This document shows positions 48,779 through 61,793 of a stretch of 64,000 nt of DNA, one piece after another (the first letter of the stretch is position 1; each line of letters begins with the position of its first letter). The DNA is taken from NCBI GenBank assembly GCA_036384655.1, contig DASVLX010000155.1, forward strand, positions 10,110-74,109, given 5' to 3'. Under the pieces are notes generated by a model that made no database searches, was not told the origin of the DNA, and worked only from the letters and a program-made list of their open reading frames with translations. The DNA is from Pseudonocardiaceae bacterium (GTDB lineage: Bacteria; Actinomycetota; Actinomycetes; Mycobacteriales; Pseudonocardiaceae). The position numbers and the translations under genes are program-made.

Positions 48779-48835
48779 CCGGCCTTCCAGGTGGCGCGGT
48801 GCCGCGTTCTCGGCCGCATCCACCTGAAAGGCCGG
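48779..48835. repeat. REP-like hairpin element (same family as 19321-19560)
   Basis: 16-nt arms ccggccttccaggtgg (48779-48794) and ccacctgaaaggccgg (48820-48835) with 1 mismatch. The loop cgcggtgccgcgttctcggccgcat shares 22 of 23 nt with 19339-19361. It starts 6 nt after the DUF349 stop. Confidence 0.75.
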
Positions 48836-48851
48836 CGCTCCCGGCCGGTGG

Positions 48852-49457
48852 TCAGTCGGCCGGGTAGCCGAGCACACCGCCCGGCCGGGCGGCGATGGTG
48901 CGCACCCAGTTCACCGCGAGCACCAGCATGCACAGCTCCGCGAGGATCAGCCCGATGCCCGGGCCGGGACCCGGAAGGTGGCTGTCGGAACTCTGCTGCG
49001 ACCACAGCGACACCAGGCCGAGCACGGTGAACGCACCACATCCGAACGAGCACAGCCAGGCCACCGGCCACCAGCGGGTGCCCAGCGCGATCGTGGAGCC
49101 CAGCACGCCGAACAGGAACACGCCGATACCGAACACCCGCGGGATCACGTCCGCCTTCGTGTTCGCGTCCGGTCCGCCGACCAGCACCTGCCAGCCGGCG
49201 ACCCCGTGCACCCAGGGCAGCAGCGCGGCGATGACCAGCACGAACACCGCCACCGCGATGATCATCGCCTTCATGCCCGGGTCGATGCGGCGCGGCGTCC
49301 GCCGTCCCGCTCCCTCGATGTCGTCGATCTGTTCGCGGAGGTTGGCCAGTGCCGGGCCTTCGGAACCGGTGCCCTGGGCGCGGTTGTCGGCCGGGCCGTC
49401 ATCGCCGGCCAGGTAGTCAGCCCGGCCATCATCGCTGGTCCCGTCGGTCGGTGTCAT
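48852..49457 (-). CDS. Conserved multi-TM membrane protein (Rv2732c position)
   Basis: The ATG at 49457 overlaps the miaB TGA as ATGA. Acidic N-terminus followed by four hydrophobic segments. Confidence 0.65.
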   Translation of the reverse strand: MTPTDGTSDDGRADYLAGDDGPADNRAQGTGSEGPALANLREQIDDIEGAGRRTPRRIDPGMKAMIIAVAVFVLVIAALLPWVHGVAGWQVLVGGPDANTKADVIPRVFGIGVFLFGVLGSTIALGTRWWPVAWLCSFGCGAFTVLGLVSLWSQQSSDSHLPGPGPGIGLILAELCMLVLAVNWVRTIAARPGGVLGYPAD

Positions 49458-50953
49458 CGAACCGCGCACCCTCCCGCACTCGTTGCCGCCATGTCCGCCG
49501 CCGGAGCGCCGAACGACGGCAGGCCCAGGTTGACCCCGGAAGTCTTCGGCCGGATGCCCTCCGACCAGTTGTCGCCCGCCCTGGTCCGCCGGTGGCCGAG
49601 CAGGTCACCGTCGGCGACGAGATGGTGCGGAGCGCCGTAGCTGATCACGGTGCTGACCACGTCGCCGGGCCGCACCTCGCCGTCGAGCACCGGGCCGGTG
49701 GGGGTGAAGTGCACCAGCCGGCCGTCCCGCGCGCGGCCGCTCATCCGGTGCGTTTCGCCGTCCTTGCGGCCCTCACCCTCGGCCACCAGCACCTCGACCG
49801 TGCTGCCCTCCAACCGCCGGTTCTGCTCCCAGGAGATCGCCTCCTGGGCCTCGACCAGTCGGTCGTAGCGGTCCTGCACGACCGCCTTGGGCACCTGGTG
49901 GGGATCGTCGGCGGCCGGTGTGCCGGGACGGCGGGAGTACTGGAAGGTGAACGCGCTGGCGAACCGCGCGGCCTCCAGCACATCGAGGGTGGCCTGGAAG
50001 TCGTCCTCGGTCTCGCCGGGGAACCCGACGATGATGTCCGTGGTGATCGCCGCGTCGGGCATGGCATGGCGCACCTTGTCGATGACGCCCAGGTACCGGT
50101 CGGCGCGGTAGGAGCGGCGCATCGCCCGCAGCACACGGTCGGAACCGGACTGCAGCGGCATGTGCAGCTGGTGGCAGACATTGGGCGTCTCGGCCATCGC
50201 CTCGATCACGTCGTCCGTGAAGTCCCTGGGATGCGGCGAGGTGAACCGCACCCGTTCCAGGCCGACGACCTGACCGCAGGCGCGCAGCAGCTTGCCGAAG
50301 GCCAACCGGTCGCCGAACTCGACGCCGTAGGAGTTGACGTTCTGGCCGAGCAGGGTCACCTCCAGGACGCCCTCGGCGACCAACGCCTCCACCTCGGCGA
50401 GCACCTCACCGGGCCGGCGGTCGGACTCCTTGCCGCGCAGCGACGGCACGATGCAGTAGGTGCAGGTGTTGTTGCACCCGACCGAGATCGACACCCAGCC
50501 CGAGTAGGCCGAGTCCCGCCGGGCCGGCAGGTCGGAAGGGAAGACCTCCAACGACTCCCGGATCTCGACCTGCGCCCGCTCGTTGTGGCGCGCGCGGGCG
50601 AGCAGCGCCGGCAGCGATCCGATGTTGTGGGTGCCGAACACGACGTCCACCCACGGCGCGCGGCGGACGATCTCGCCGCGGTCCTTCTGTGCCAGGCAGC
50701 CACCCACCGCGATCTGCATGCCGGGATGGGCCAGTTTCGTCGGCCGCAGGTGACCGAGGTTGCCGTAGAGCTTGTTGTCCGCGTTCTCACGCACCGCGCA
50801 GGTGTTGAAGACCACCACGTCGGGTGTCTCACCCTCGGCGGCCAGCACATAGCCGGCCTCCTCCAAGAGCCCGGCCACCCGTTCGGAGTCGTGCACGTTC
50901 ATCTGGCACCCGTAGGTGCGCACCTGATAACTCCGGGTCGGCCGCGCTGTCAC
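49454..50953 (-). CDS. miaB: tRNA-i6A37 methylthiotransferase
   Basis: GTG at 50953. [14 protein letters not shown], radical-SAM [11 protein letters not shown], and a C-terminal TRAM domain. Confidence 0.93.
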   Translation of the reverse strand: MTARPTRSYQVRTYGCQMNVHDSERVAGLLEEAGYVLAAEGETPDVVVFNTCAVRENADNKLYGNLGHLRPTKLAHPGMQIAVGGCLAQKDRGEIVRRAPWVDVVFGTHNIGSLPALLARARHNERAQVEIRESLEVFPSDLPARRDSAYSGWVSISVGCNNTCTYCIVPSLRGKESDRRPGEVLAEVEALVAEGVLEVTLLGQNVNSYGVEFGDRLAFGKLLRACGQVVGLERVRFTSPHPRDFTDDVIEAMAETPNVCHQLHMPLQSGSDRVLRAMRRSYRADRYLGVIDKVRHAMPDAAITTDIIVGFPGETEDDFQATLDVLEAARFASAFTFQYSRRPGTPAADDPHQVPKAVVQDRYDRLVEAQEAISWEQNRRLEGSTVEVLVAEGEGRKDGETHRMSGRARDGRLVHFTPTGPVLDGEVRPGDVVSTVISYGAPHHLVADGDLLGHRRTRAGDNWSEGIRPKTSGVNLGLPSFGAPAADMAATSAGGCAVR

Positions 50954-50990
50954 GATCCCCAGGGTAGAGCGTGCGTGGCACGATGGGCGC

Positions 50991-51965
50991 GTGTGGCCCG
51001 TGCTGCGGCGAGTTCCCGTGTCCCTGCGCTGGACCGCGCTCGGGGTCGTGGTGGCGCTGGTGGCCGCGCTGGGGGCGTTCTGGTACGTCAGCGACGAGCA
51101 GCCCAACTACACCGGTCTGCACCTGAGGCTGGCCACCGGGAACACCGACGGTGTCTACTACCCGCTGGGCGAGGGGCTCCGCTCGGTCTGGCATGACCAG
51201 CTCGGTGTCAACGCGGCGGTGCTGACCAGCGCGGGTTCCGTGCAGAATGTCGACCTGCTGCGGTCCGGCGGGGCGGACTTGGCGGTCAGTGCCGCCGACG
51301 CCGCGGACATCGCCTACGACGACGGGTTCCACGATCTGCGCACGCTGGGCCGGTTGTACGACGACTACATCCAGGTGGTGGTCCGCGCGGATGAGCCGAT
51401 CACCCGGTTCGCCGACCTGCGCGGCCACAGCGTGTCGATGGGTGCGACCGGGTCGGGCGTCGAGCTGATCTCCGAGCGCCTGCTGACCGCGGCCGGCATG
51501 ACCATGAACGACGTCACGAATGTCCCGCTGGGACTCAACAGCGCGATCGACGCGCTGGAGGACCACCAGATCGACGCGTTCGTGTGGTCCGGCGGGCTGC
51601 CCACGCCGGGGCTGACCGAACTGGCCTCTCAGGGCAAGATCCGAGTGCTGGACCTGTCCGACCTGATCCCGGCGGTGCAGCGGACCTATCCGGACATCTA
51701 CGGCCGGGGCGAGATCCCGGACTCGGTGTACGGCATGACCGGCGCTCCGCCGACCACCCTGGTGGTTCACGATCTGCTGCTGGTCACCGATCGGATGCCG
51801 GACGACCTGGCACGGGCGTTGCTCGGCGCGATCTTCGACGGCCAGGCGGCACTGATCCAGGCGAGCCCGACCGCGCGGTCGATCGACATCCAGCAGGCGA
51901 TCTACACGACGCCGATCCCGTTGCACGACGGCGCCATCGCCTACTACCGGTCCGCCAAGGTCTGA
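50991..51965 (+). CDS. TAXI-family TRAP-type solute receptor
   Basis: Signal anchor, then [19 protein letters not shown]...[19 protein letters not shown], typical of TAXI (TIGR02122-like) proteins. No TRAP membrane component lies adjacent. Confidence 0.75.
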   Translation: MWPVLRRVPVSLRWTALGVVVALVAALGAFWYVSDEQPNYTGLHLRLATGNTDGVYYPLGEGLRSVWHDQLGVNAAVLTSAGSVQNVDLLRSGGADLAVSAADAADIAYDDGFHDLRTLGRLYDDYIQVVVRADEPITRFADLRGHSVSMGATGSGVELISERLLTAAGMTMNDVTNVPLGLNSAIDALEDHQIDAFVWSGGLPTPGLTELASQGKIRVLDLSDLIPAVQRTYPDIYGRGEIPDSVYGMTGAPPTTLVVHDLLLVTDRMPDDLARALLGAIFDGQAALIQASPTARSIDIQQAIYTTPIPLHDGAIAYYRSAKV

Positions 51966-53446
51966 GGGTGCTGGTCGTCGGCGACCGCCGGCAGTGTCAC
52001 CGTGACCCGCAGGCCGCCGTCGGCGGGCAGGTCGAGAGTGATCGTGCCGTTCACCCGTTCCACGGTGCGCCGCACGACGGACAGCCCGAGGCCCGAGCCA
52101 CGAACCAGGTTGGCCTGGCTGGGACTGCGCCAGAACCGGTCGGTGGCCCGTTCCAGTTCCTCGGGCCGCATTCCGGGGCCGTGGTCGCGAACAGCGATGG
52201 ACACCGTGCCGACTGTGTCGGGTGTGCCGACCGCGCCGACCGTGCCGTGTTTCGGCACCGATCCGGGCCGTCGGCGCACGTCCACGGTGACGGCGGTGCC
52301 GGGTTCGGTGAACTTCAGCGCATTGTCGAGCAGCGCGTCCAGGATGGTTTCCAGCCCGCGTGCGGGGGCGAGGGCCCGGCCGCCCGGCTCGCCGTCGAGC
52401 ACCAGGATCACGTCCCGGGAGTCGCCGACCACCTGCCACTCGGCGATCTTCGCCTTGGCCACGGAACCGACGTCGATCTCGACCGGCGGAATGGTGTCCG
52501 ACTGGCTGCGCGCCATGGTGAGCAGATCGTCCAGGATCGCCTGGAACCGCCTGGCCTGGTCAAGGGCGGCGGCATGCTGTTCGACCGCCTCGGGCCGCAG
52601 CTGACCGTCCATGTTGCGCAGTCGCAGCAGCAGCGCGTGCAGCGGGTTGCGCAACTGGTGTGAGGCGTCCGCGACGAACGTGCGCTGCGCGGCGAGCGCC
52701 GCCCCGACGGTGTTCGCCATCTGATCGAACGCCTTGGACAGCCGACGCAGCTCGGGCGGGCCGCTGGTGCCGCCCACCGGGTCCACCGGGTGGCCGCTGA
52801 CCGCCGCGACGGCCAGCCTCGCGGTGGCGCCGTCCAACTGCCGTACCGGCCGGAGAATCCAGCGCACCATGGCCAGCGACGCCAGCACGCCGAGGGCGAT
52901 GCCGAGCAGCGCGACGGCCGCCACCTCCGCCCAGCGCCAGAGGACCACCGATCGGGCGTGGCCGGTGGACGAGACCGTGACGGCCACACCGGCGAGTTCG
53001 CCGTCGACCAATACCGGCTCGGCCACCACCAGCGGATCGGAGTTCCACGGACGCAGGCTCGGCGGGGACGCCGGCGGCCGGCCGGCCTGCGCGTTCCGCA
53101 CCGCCTGAGCCACCAGCGGATCGGCGAGATCGACCGACCGCGCTGGCTGTGCCGACCGGGCTGGCCGTGCCGCCGAGGACGCGGCGACCCCGCCGTTGAG
53201 GCCGAGCACCGCGGCCTGGATGCCGTACACGTCCTGGTAGCGGGCCAGCGTGTCGCTCATCCGGGCGGCATCGCCCTCGGCCAGTGGACGCTGTGCCAGC
53301 GACGCGAACATCTCGGTGTCGGTCACTCGGTCGACGAACAGCAGTTGGCTCTCGTTGTTGGCGATGGTGAGGGCGAACGGCACACCCAGTCCGAACGCGA
53401 CGATCACCACCAACGAGATGGAGATACCCAGCAGCCTGGTGCGCAC
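51944..53446 (-). CDS. Sensor histidine kinase
   Basis: Two TM segments, HAMP, H-box FVADASHQLRNPL, N/G boxes (LLDNALKFT, RDHGPGM, GSGLGLS). Confidence 0.9.
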   Translation of the reverse strand: MRTRLLGISISLVVIVAFGLGVPFALTIANNESQLLFVDRVTDTEMFASLAQRPLAEGDAARMSDTLARYQDVYGIQAAVLGLNGGVAASSAARPARSAQPARSVDLADPLVAQAVRNAQAGRPPASPPSLRPWNSDPLVVAEPVLVDGELAGVAVTVSSTGHARSVVLWRWAEVAAVALLGIALGVLASLAMVRWILRPVRQLDGATARLAVAAVSGHPVDPVGGTSGPPELRRLSKAFDQMANTVGAALAAQRTFVADASHQLRNPLHALLLRLRNMDGQLRPEAVEQHAAALDQARRFQAILDDLLTMARSQSDTIPPVEIDVGSVAKAKIAEWQVVGDSRDVILVLDGEPGGRALAPARGLETILDALLDNALKFTEPGTAVTVDVRRRPGSVPKHGTVGAVGTPDTVGTVSIAVRDHGPGMRPEELERATDRFWRSPSQANLVRGSGLGLSVVRRTVERVNGTITLDLPADGGLRVTVTLPAVADDQHPQTLADR

Positions 53447-53455
53447 CCGCCCGCC

Positions 53456-54202
53456 TCAGTGGTCCTGCCCAGCCCAGCCCTGACCGGACCAGTCCTGGAC
53501 CGCGGGTGGCCGGCCCAGCCGGTATCCGATGCCGCGCACGGTGTCCAGGATCCAGGGCCGGCCGAGCTTGGCGCGCACGTTGCCGATGTGCACGTCCAGC
53601 GTGCGGTTCCCGGCCGGGGAGCCGTCGCCCCACACCTCGGTCCGGATGCGCTCCCGTGTGCACACCGCGCCACCCGCCTCCGCGACCAGGGCGAGCAGCG
53701 CGAATTCCTTGCGTGCCAACGACACTCGCCGACCGGCCACCAGGACCTCGTGCCTGCTCAACTGGATTTCCACATCCCCGACCCGGATCGAATCCTCGGT
53801 GCCGCCGATCGCCGTCCGGCTGGCCACCCCGCGCCGCAGCACCGCCCGCACCCTGGCCACCAGCTCACCCACGTCGAACGGCTTGAGCAGGTAGTCGTCC
53901 GCCCCGGCGTGTAGGCCCAGGATCCGGTCCGAGACGTCCTTGAACACCCCGGTGACGGCGATGATCGGCACATCGCTGACCGCGCGGATCCGGCGGCACA
54001 GTTCGATACCGTCGATCTCGGGCAGGCCGAGGTCGAGCACGACCGCCTCGACGTCCTTCAGCCGCGCCAGCACGTCCGAGCCGTCCACGGAGCGTTCCAC
54101 CACGAAACCTCGCCGGGCCAACGCGGAGGTCAGGGCGTAGGCGGGCCCGTCCTCGTCCTCCACGATCAACATCCGCACCAGCGGGCCCCTTTCGCCGTTC
54201 AT
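53456..54202 (-). CDS. OmpR-family response regulator
   Basis: Receiver domain (LIVEDE, VVLDLGLPEIDG, LLKPF) plus winged helix (LARKEFALLALV, GIGYRL). The true start may be the ATG at 54172. Confidence 0.9.
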   Translation of the reverse strand: MNGERGPLVRMLIVEDEDGPAYALTSALARRGFVVERSVDGSDVLARLKDVEAVVLDLGLPEIDGIELCRRIRAVSDVPIIAVTGVFKDVSDRILGLHAGADDYLLKPFDVGELVARVRAVLRRGVASRTAIGGTEDSIRVGDVEIQLSRHEVLVAGRRVSLARKEFALLALVAEAGGAVCTRERIRTEVWGDGSPAGNRTLDVHIGNVRAKLGRPWILDTVRGIGYRLGRPPAVQDWSGQGWAGQDH

Positions 54203-54379
54203 GTGCGCGACACCCTAGCCGTCATCCTCAAGCCTTTATCAAGACTTCCGGATGATGCGGGGAAAACACACGAACGGAGACGTCAACCGGGGACTGGAAA
54301 CATGACCGAAACACGGCAGCGGCCCGGCCGGTGGAGAACCCCCACCGAACCGGGCCGCGACCATCTGGCCACTCCGGCG

Positions 54380-55138
54380 TTACTTGACGTCCCGCTTGCC
54401 GGCGTTCCGGAAGAACAGCCAACCCAGCGGATCGTAGGAGCGGTCGACCAACCGCTCCTTCAGCGGAATGAGCGCGTTGTCGGTGATGTGGATGGACTCC
54501 GGGCACACCTCGGTGCAGCACTTGGTGATGTTGCAGAACCCGAGGCCGAAGTCCTTCCGGGCGGCCGGCAGGCGGTCGGCGGCGTCCAGCGGGTGCATGT
54601 CCAGCTCCGCCACCCGCATCAGGAACCGCGGACCCGCGAAGGACTGCTTGTTGTCCTCGTGGTCACGCAGCACGTGGCAGGTGTTCTGGCACAGGTAGCA
54701 CTCGATGCACTTGCGGAACTCCTGCGAGCGCGCCACGTCCTCCTGCTGCATCCGGTACTCGCCCGGCTTCAGCCCCTTCGGCGGCGCGAAGGCGGGGATC
54801 TGCCGTGCCTTCTCGTAGTTGAAGGACACGTCGGTCACCAGGTCGCGGATCACCGGGAACGTCCGCATGGGGTTCACGGTGATGATCTCGTCCTGGGTGA
54901 ACGTGGACATCCGCGTCATGCACATCAGGCGCGGGCGCCCGTTGATCTCCGCCGAGCACGAACCGCACTTGCCGGCCTTGCAGTTCCAGCGCACCGCGAG
55001 GTCGGGCACCTGAGTGGCCTGCAGGCGGTGGATGATGTCGAGGACGACCTCACCCTCGTTCACCTCAACGGTGAAGTCGTGGAACTCGCCCTTGTCCGAG
55101 TCGCCCCGCCAGACCCGGAACTGTCCCTCGTAGCTCAC
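54380..55138 (-). CDS. sdhB: Succinate dehydrogenase/fumarate reductase Fe-S subunit
   Basis: CKAGKCGSCSAEINGRPRLMC, CIECYLCQNTC, CTEVCP cluster ligands. Confidence 0.93.
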   Translation of the reverse strand: MSYEGQFRVWRGDSDKGEFHDFTVEVNEGEVVLDIIHRLQATQVPDLAVRWNCKAGKCGSCSAEINGRPRLMCMTRMSTFTQDEIITVNPMRTFPVIRDLVTDVSFNYEKARQIPAFAPPKGLKPGEYRMQQEDVARSQEFRKCIECYLCQNTCHVLRDHEDNKQSFAGPRFLMRVAELDMHPLDAADRLPAARKDFGLGFCNITKCCTEVCPESIHITDNALIPLKERLVDRSYDPLGWLFFRNAGKRDVK

Positions 55139-57051
55139 TGGTCCGCCTCCTTCCGACCCCGGTGGTTCACGAGTTCCTCCGGGGTGAAGTACTTCTGCAG
55201 TTCGCTGTACTCGAACAGATCCAGCAGGTCCTGCCGCATCGGCACCTGCTCCTCGTGGACCAGGTTGACGCCGTCGCCGGTCTCGTTCGCGGTGATGACC
55301 AGCAGCTGGTGGCGCCAGCTGGCGTCCATCTTCGGGTGGTCTTCCCGAGTGTGACCGCCACGACTCTCGGTGCGTTCCAGCGCGGCCTTGGCGATGGCCT
55401 GGCTGACCAGCAGCATATTGCGCAGGTCCAGTGCCAGGTGCCAGCCGGGGTTGAACTGCCGGTGGCCCTCGACCGCGATCTTGGTGGCGCGCTGCTTGAG
55501 CACCTCGAGCTTCTCGATGGCCTCCTGCAGCTCGCCCTCCCGGCGGATGATGCCGACCAGGTCATTCATGGTCTGCTGGAGGTCCTGGTGCACGCCGTAG
55601 GGGTTCTCGGTCGCGCCGTCGCCCGGGTTGAAGGGCGCCACCACGGTCTGCTCGGCGGCCTCGACGGAGGCCTCGCTGACGGCCGGTCGATCCGACAGAC
55701 CAGCGATGTACTCGGCCGCGCCCACACCTGCCCGGCGGCCGAACACCAGCAGGTCGGACAGCGAGTTGCCGCCCAGCCGGTTGGAGCCGTGCATACCGCC
55801 GGAGACCTCACCGACCGCGAACAGACCGGGCACGCCCACGGCGGCCTCGGTGTCCGGGTCGACCTCGATGCCACCCATGACGTAGTGGCAGGTCGGCCCG
55901 ACCTCCATCGGCGTCTGCGTGATGTCGACGTCGGCCAGTTCCTTGAACTGGTGGTACATCGACGGCAGCCGCCGCTGGATCTCCTCGGGCGTCAACCGGC
56001 TGGCGATGTCCAGGAACACACCACCGTGCGGTGATCCACGGCCGGCCTTGACCTCGGAGTTGATCGCCCGGGCGACCTCGTCACGAGGCAGCAGGTCCGG
56101 CGTACGCCGGTAGTTCTCCTGGTCGTCGTACCAGTGGTCGGCCTCTTCGGCCGTCTCCGCGTACTGCCCCTTGAACACGTCGGGGATGTACTCGAACATG
56201 AACCGCTGGCCCTCGGAGTTCCGCAGCACACCACCGTCACCGCGGACGCCCTCGGTGACCAGGATGCCCTTCACCGAAGGCGGCCAGACCATGCCGGTCG
56301 GGTGGAACTGGACGAACTCCATGTTGATCAGGCGGCCGCCGGCGCGCAGCGCCAGCGCGTGGCCGTCGCCGGTGTACTCCCAGGAGTTGGAGGTCACCTT
56401 GAACGACTTGCCAATGCCGCCGGTCGCCAGGATCACGGTGGGCGCCTCGAACAGCACGAACCGGCCCGTCTCGCGCCAGTACCCGAAGGCACCGGCGATC
56501 CGGCCCTGGTCGTCCTTGAGCAGCTCCGTGATCGTGCACTCGGCGTAGACCTTGAGGTTTGCCTCGTAGTCGCCGGTCGCTTTGAAGTCATCCTGCTGCA
56601 GCGAGACGATCTTCTGCTGCATGGTGCGGATCAGCTCCAGGCCGGTGCGGTCACCGACGTGGGCCAGGCGGGGGTAGGTGTGCCCGCCGAAGTTCCGCTG
56701 GCTGATCTTGCCGTCCGGGGTGCGGTCGAACAGCGCCCCGTAGGTCTCCAGCTCCCAGACGCGGTCCGGTGCCTCCCTGGCGTGCAGCTCGGCCATCCGC
56801 CAGTTGTTCAGGAACTTGCCGCCGCGCATGGTGTCGCGGAAGTGGACCTGCCAGTTGTCATGGGAGTTGACGTTGCCCATCGACGCCGCGCAGCCACCTT
56901 CGGCCATCACGGTGTGCGCCTTGCCGAACAGGGACTTGCAGACGATCGCGACGCGCAACCCCTGTTGCCGCGCCTCGATGGCCGCCCGTAGCCCCGAACC
57001 GCCGGCACCGATCAGGACGACGTCATAGGAATGACGTTCAACCTCGGTCAT
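55135..57051 (-). CDS. sdhA: Succinate dehydrogenase/fumarate reductase flavoprotein subunit
   Basis: VVLIGAGGSGLRAA, HTVMAEGG (covalent-FAD His), RLGGNSL. 4-nt overlap with sdhB. Confidence 0.95.
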   Translation of the reverse strand: MTEVERHSYDVVLIGAGGSGLRAAIEARQQGLRVAIVCKSLFGKAHTVMAEGGCAASMGNVNSHDNWQVHFRDTMRGGKFLNNWRMAELHAREAPDRVWELETYGALFDRTPDGKISQRNFGGHTYPRLAHVGDRTGLELIRTMQQKIVSLQQDDFKATGDYEANLKVYAECTITELLKDDQGRIAGAFGYWRETGRFVLFEAPTVILATGGIGKSFKVTSNSWEYTGDGHALALRAGGRLINMEFVQFHPTGMVWPPSVKGILVTEGVRGDGGVLRNSEGQRFMFEYIPDVFKGQYAETAEEADHWYDDQENYRRTPDLLPRDEVARAINSEVKAGRGSPHGGVFLDIASRLTPEEIQRRLPSMYHQFKELADVDITQTPMEVGPTCHYVMGGIEVDPDTEAAVGVPGLFAVGEVSGGMHGSNRLGGNSLSDLLVFGRRAGVGAAEYIAGLSDRPAVSEASVEAAEQTVVAPFNPGDGATENPYGVHQDLQQTMNDLVGIIRREGELQEAIEKLEVLKQRATKIAVEGHRQFNPGWHLALDLRNMLLVSQAIAKAALERTESRGGHTREDHPKMDASWRHQLLVITANETGDGVNLVHEEQVPMRQDLLDLFEYSELQKYFTPEELVNHRGRKEADQ

Positions 57052-57087
57052 TGTCGTGCCCTTGTACCTTCACAGTCGTCGGGAAGA

Positions 57088-57873
57088 TCAGAAGAATCGC
57101 AGATCGGTGATCAAGCCAGAGGCGACCAACCTGATGTAGACGTCGGTCAGGCTGATCCACACGAGCGAAGCCCAGGCCAGCTGCATGTGCTTGGCGTTCA
57201 GCTTCGACACGAACGTCCACGCCTTGTAGCGGAGCGGGTGCTTCGAGAAGTGCCGCAACCGACCACCGGTGATGTGCCGGCACGAGTGGCAGGACAGCGT
57301 GTAGATCCAGATCAACACCACGTTGATGAGCAGCACCAGCGTGCCCAGGCCCGCGTGCCCCCACTGGCCGTCGTGGTTGCGGAAGGAGATCACCAGGTCG
57401 TACGTCAGGATCACCGCGAATATCACCGCGACATACCAGAAGTACCGGTGAATGTTCTGCATGATCAGCGGGAACCGCGTCTCACCCGAGTACTTCTTGT
57501 GCGGCTCGGCGACCGCGCAGGCGGGCGGCGACGCCCAGAACGAGCGGTAGTACGCCTTGCGGTAGTAGTAGCAGGTCACCCGGAAGCCCATCGGGAACAC
57601 GATGATGATGATGCCGGGGGTGACAGGCGCGATGCTGGGGAACCATCCCCAGCCGGCACCTGCCGGACAGTTGCCGGTCAGGCACGGCGAGTACATCGGG
57701 GAGATGTAAGGCTCCCAGTAGTAGTCGGCGTTTACCAACACCGCCCAGGTGAGGTAGACGACGATTGCGAGCAACAGTACGAACGTCACCGCTGGTGACA
57801 ACCACCAACGGTCAGTCCGGAGTGTGCGCGCCTCGATCCGCGCCCTTCCGGGAGCGTCGACGCCAGTGGTCAT
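57088..57873 (-). CDS. sdhC: Succinate dehydrogenase cytochrome b (b558-type) membrane subunit
   Basis: 261 aa, five hydrophobic helices with conserved His residues. First gene of the sdhCAB cluster. Confidence 0.8.
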   Translation of the reverse strand: MTTGVDAPGRARIEARTLRTDRWWLSPAVTFVLLLAIVVYLTWAVLVNADYYWEPYISPMYSPCLTGNCPAGAGWGWFPSIAPVTPGIIIIVFPMGFRVTCYYYRKAYYRSFWASPPACAVAEPHKKYSGETRFPLIMQNIHRYFWYVAVIFAVILTYDLVISFRNHDGQWGHAGLGTLVLLINVVLIWIYTLSCHSCRHITGGRLRHFSKHPLRYKAWTFVSKLNAKHMQLAWASLVWISLTDVYIRLVASGLITDLRFF

Positions 57874-58442
57874 GTTGTCCTTATCCTCGCGATGGCCACG
57901 CCCATGGGGCGATCACTATCAATGTGGACGGACCCGTCGACGCCCTCGCCATCCACATGAGCCATAACGCGGGGTCTACGGTGTCTCCGTTAGCACAACG
58001 GCCTCGGGTTTACCACTGACGCCGGGACCCGCTGTGAGTGGGGTAAGCGTACGGAATCGCTGCTCAGGTCGGTCGCGGGGCCTTCTGAAAGTCCCCTTGG
58101 TTGATCAACTCGCCAAGGGACGAACAGCTCCCAGGATGTGGCCCGGCGAGGCCCCTGAGCTGGGCGGTAGCCCATCCGGGGGATCGCGGACCATCCGCGC
58201 GCCCGGTGATCTCCGCATGACGGCCACCGAGCCGTGATCGACTCTTGGACACACGAATCGACCAGTTCCTAACGAGGCGACAACGCCAACAGTGCCCACA
58301 TCCAAGCGCTTGTGATAAGTCGCACAGGCGAGATCTCGCACAAAGGTAACAATCATTCGACAACGGACAGTTACTACCGAGTAAGTGACCGGGTAAGCGC
58401 CCATGTGATCGGAAAATAACGGGAAGTGATCGGTTGCCGGGA

Positions 58443-59039
58443 TCACTCTCCGAGAGGGCCGTCCAACAGATCGGTCTCGGTTCCGGCGGCACGCAGTTCG
58501 TCGCGCACCACCCGATACGACAGGCCTGACGAGTAACCCTTGCGCGCCAGCATCGCGACCAACCGGCGCACCCGGGTCGTCTCGTCAATGTTGGACGAGA
58601 CGACCCGGAGTTTGGCACGGACCAGTTGACGGGCTCGCAGTTCCTCCGCATCGGAGTCGACCGCGGCCGCGGCCCGCGCCGCGGTCGAGTCCGCGACTCC
58701 CCGGCGGCGCAGTTCGGCGACCAACGCCTTCCGTCCCATGCCCTGGTAGGTGTGCCGGGAACGCACCCACTGCTCGGCGAACGCGGCATCGTCGATCAGG
58801 CCGACCTCGCTCAACCGGCCGAGTACACGATCGGCGACGTCCTCGGCGATGCCGCGTTTCGTCAGCGCCTGGTTTAGCTCGGCTCGCGTACGGGGCCGAG
58901 CCGTCAGCAGCCGGAGACATATCTCCTTGGCATGGGCGACCGGGTCACGGGACTGTTCCTGTTCGCCGGACCGTTCCTTCCTGTCCGGTCGTTCGGATTT
59001 CGTTCTCCTCGTCCTTCCCCTCGCCGTCCACCCCGGCAT
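58443..59039 (-). CDS. recX: Recombination regulator RecX
   Basis: ICLRLLTARPRTRAELNQALTKRGI plus repeated three-helix units. Immediately downstream of recA. Confidence 0.9.
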   Translation of the reverse strand: MPGWTARGRTRRTKSERPDRKERSGEQEQSRDPVAHAKEICLRLLTARPRTRAELNQALTKRGIAEDVADRVLGRLSEVGLIDDAAFAEQWVRSRHTYQGMGRKALVAELRRRGVADSTAARAAAAVDSDAEELRARQLVRAKLRVVSSNIDETTRVRRLVAMLARKGYSSGLSYRVVRDELRAAGTETDLLDGPLGE

Positions 59040-59045
59040 GATCGA

Positions 59046-61196
<2,151 letters not shown>

Positions 61197-61300
61197 CTCG
61201 ATGTCCCTCGTTGGCTCGTGCTGTGCCCGTTACTGGTGTCCGGTCCTGGTGCCCACTGCTCGCCTGATGTCGTTACCACATCGCGTTAGGCACACTGTAG

Positions 61301-61316
61301 ACGAACAGATGTTCGA
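61301..61316. promoter_or_regulatory. LexA SOS box upstream of recA
   Basis: ACGAACagatGTTCGA, 105 nt upstream of the recA start. On the recA strand it is followed directly by a TACAGT -10-like hexamer. Confidence 0.8.
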
Positions 61317-61363
61317 TCAGACGACGACACGCCGATGTGGCGGAAAGAGCTCGGAAAAGTTCG

Positions 61364-61558
61364 TCAGCGGCGCTCCGGCGGCACGTCGAAGGCGTCACAG
61401 ACGGCCAGCCAGATCCGCTGCGGCGGCATGCCAGAGGCCAGGGCCTGATCGACCGTGTCGCCGCCGAGGTCGGAGAAGACGTGGTCGTGGGCGATCCTCT
61501 CGGCCCGGACCGTCCCGAACTCGTCGGCCATCATTCTGCGAAAAACCGTGGTGCGCAT
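61364..61558 (-). CDS. DUF3046-family small protein (Rv2738c-like)
   Basis: ATG at 61558. MRTTVFRRMMADEFGTVRAERIAHDHVFSDLGGDTVDQALASGMPPQRIWLAVCDAFDVP matches the conserved protein found upstream of actinobacterial recA. Confidence 0.8.
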   Translation of the reverse strand: MRTTVFRRMMADEFGTVRAERIAHDHVFSDLGGDTVDQALASGMPPQRIWLAVCDAFDVPPERR

Positions 61559-61793
61559 CGCCGTCAAGGCTACCGACGACCTCCGACAGAGCGCGGTTAT
61601 CGTCGAGATTGTGCTGTTCGCCGCCGACCCAACCGGGCTGTCCTCGTTCGCCGGCCAACTGGCGATCGCCGCGGCGCTGGTCGCCGCGATCCTGGTCGGT
61701 GTGCGGGCGCTCTGGAACATGCGCAACCGGCGCTAGATCCGGTGGACGTTGGAAGTCACGCCGGATGTCGGTGCGCTGGGCAAGGATGTGCGC

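Noticed and set aside
58105-58446. 113-aa minus-strand ORF in the sdhC-recX gap
   Set aside because: It has no RBS, overlaps the recX stop region, and its product has no protein-like features. The interval is treated as non-coding.
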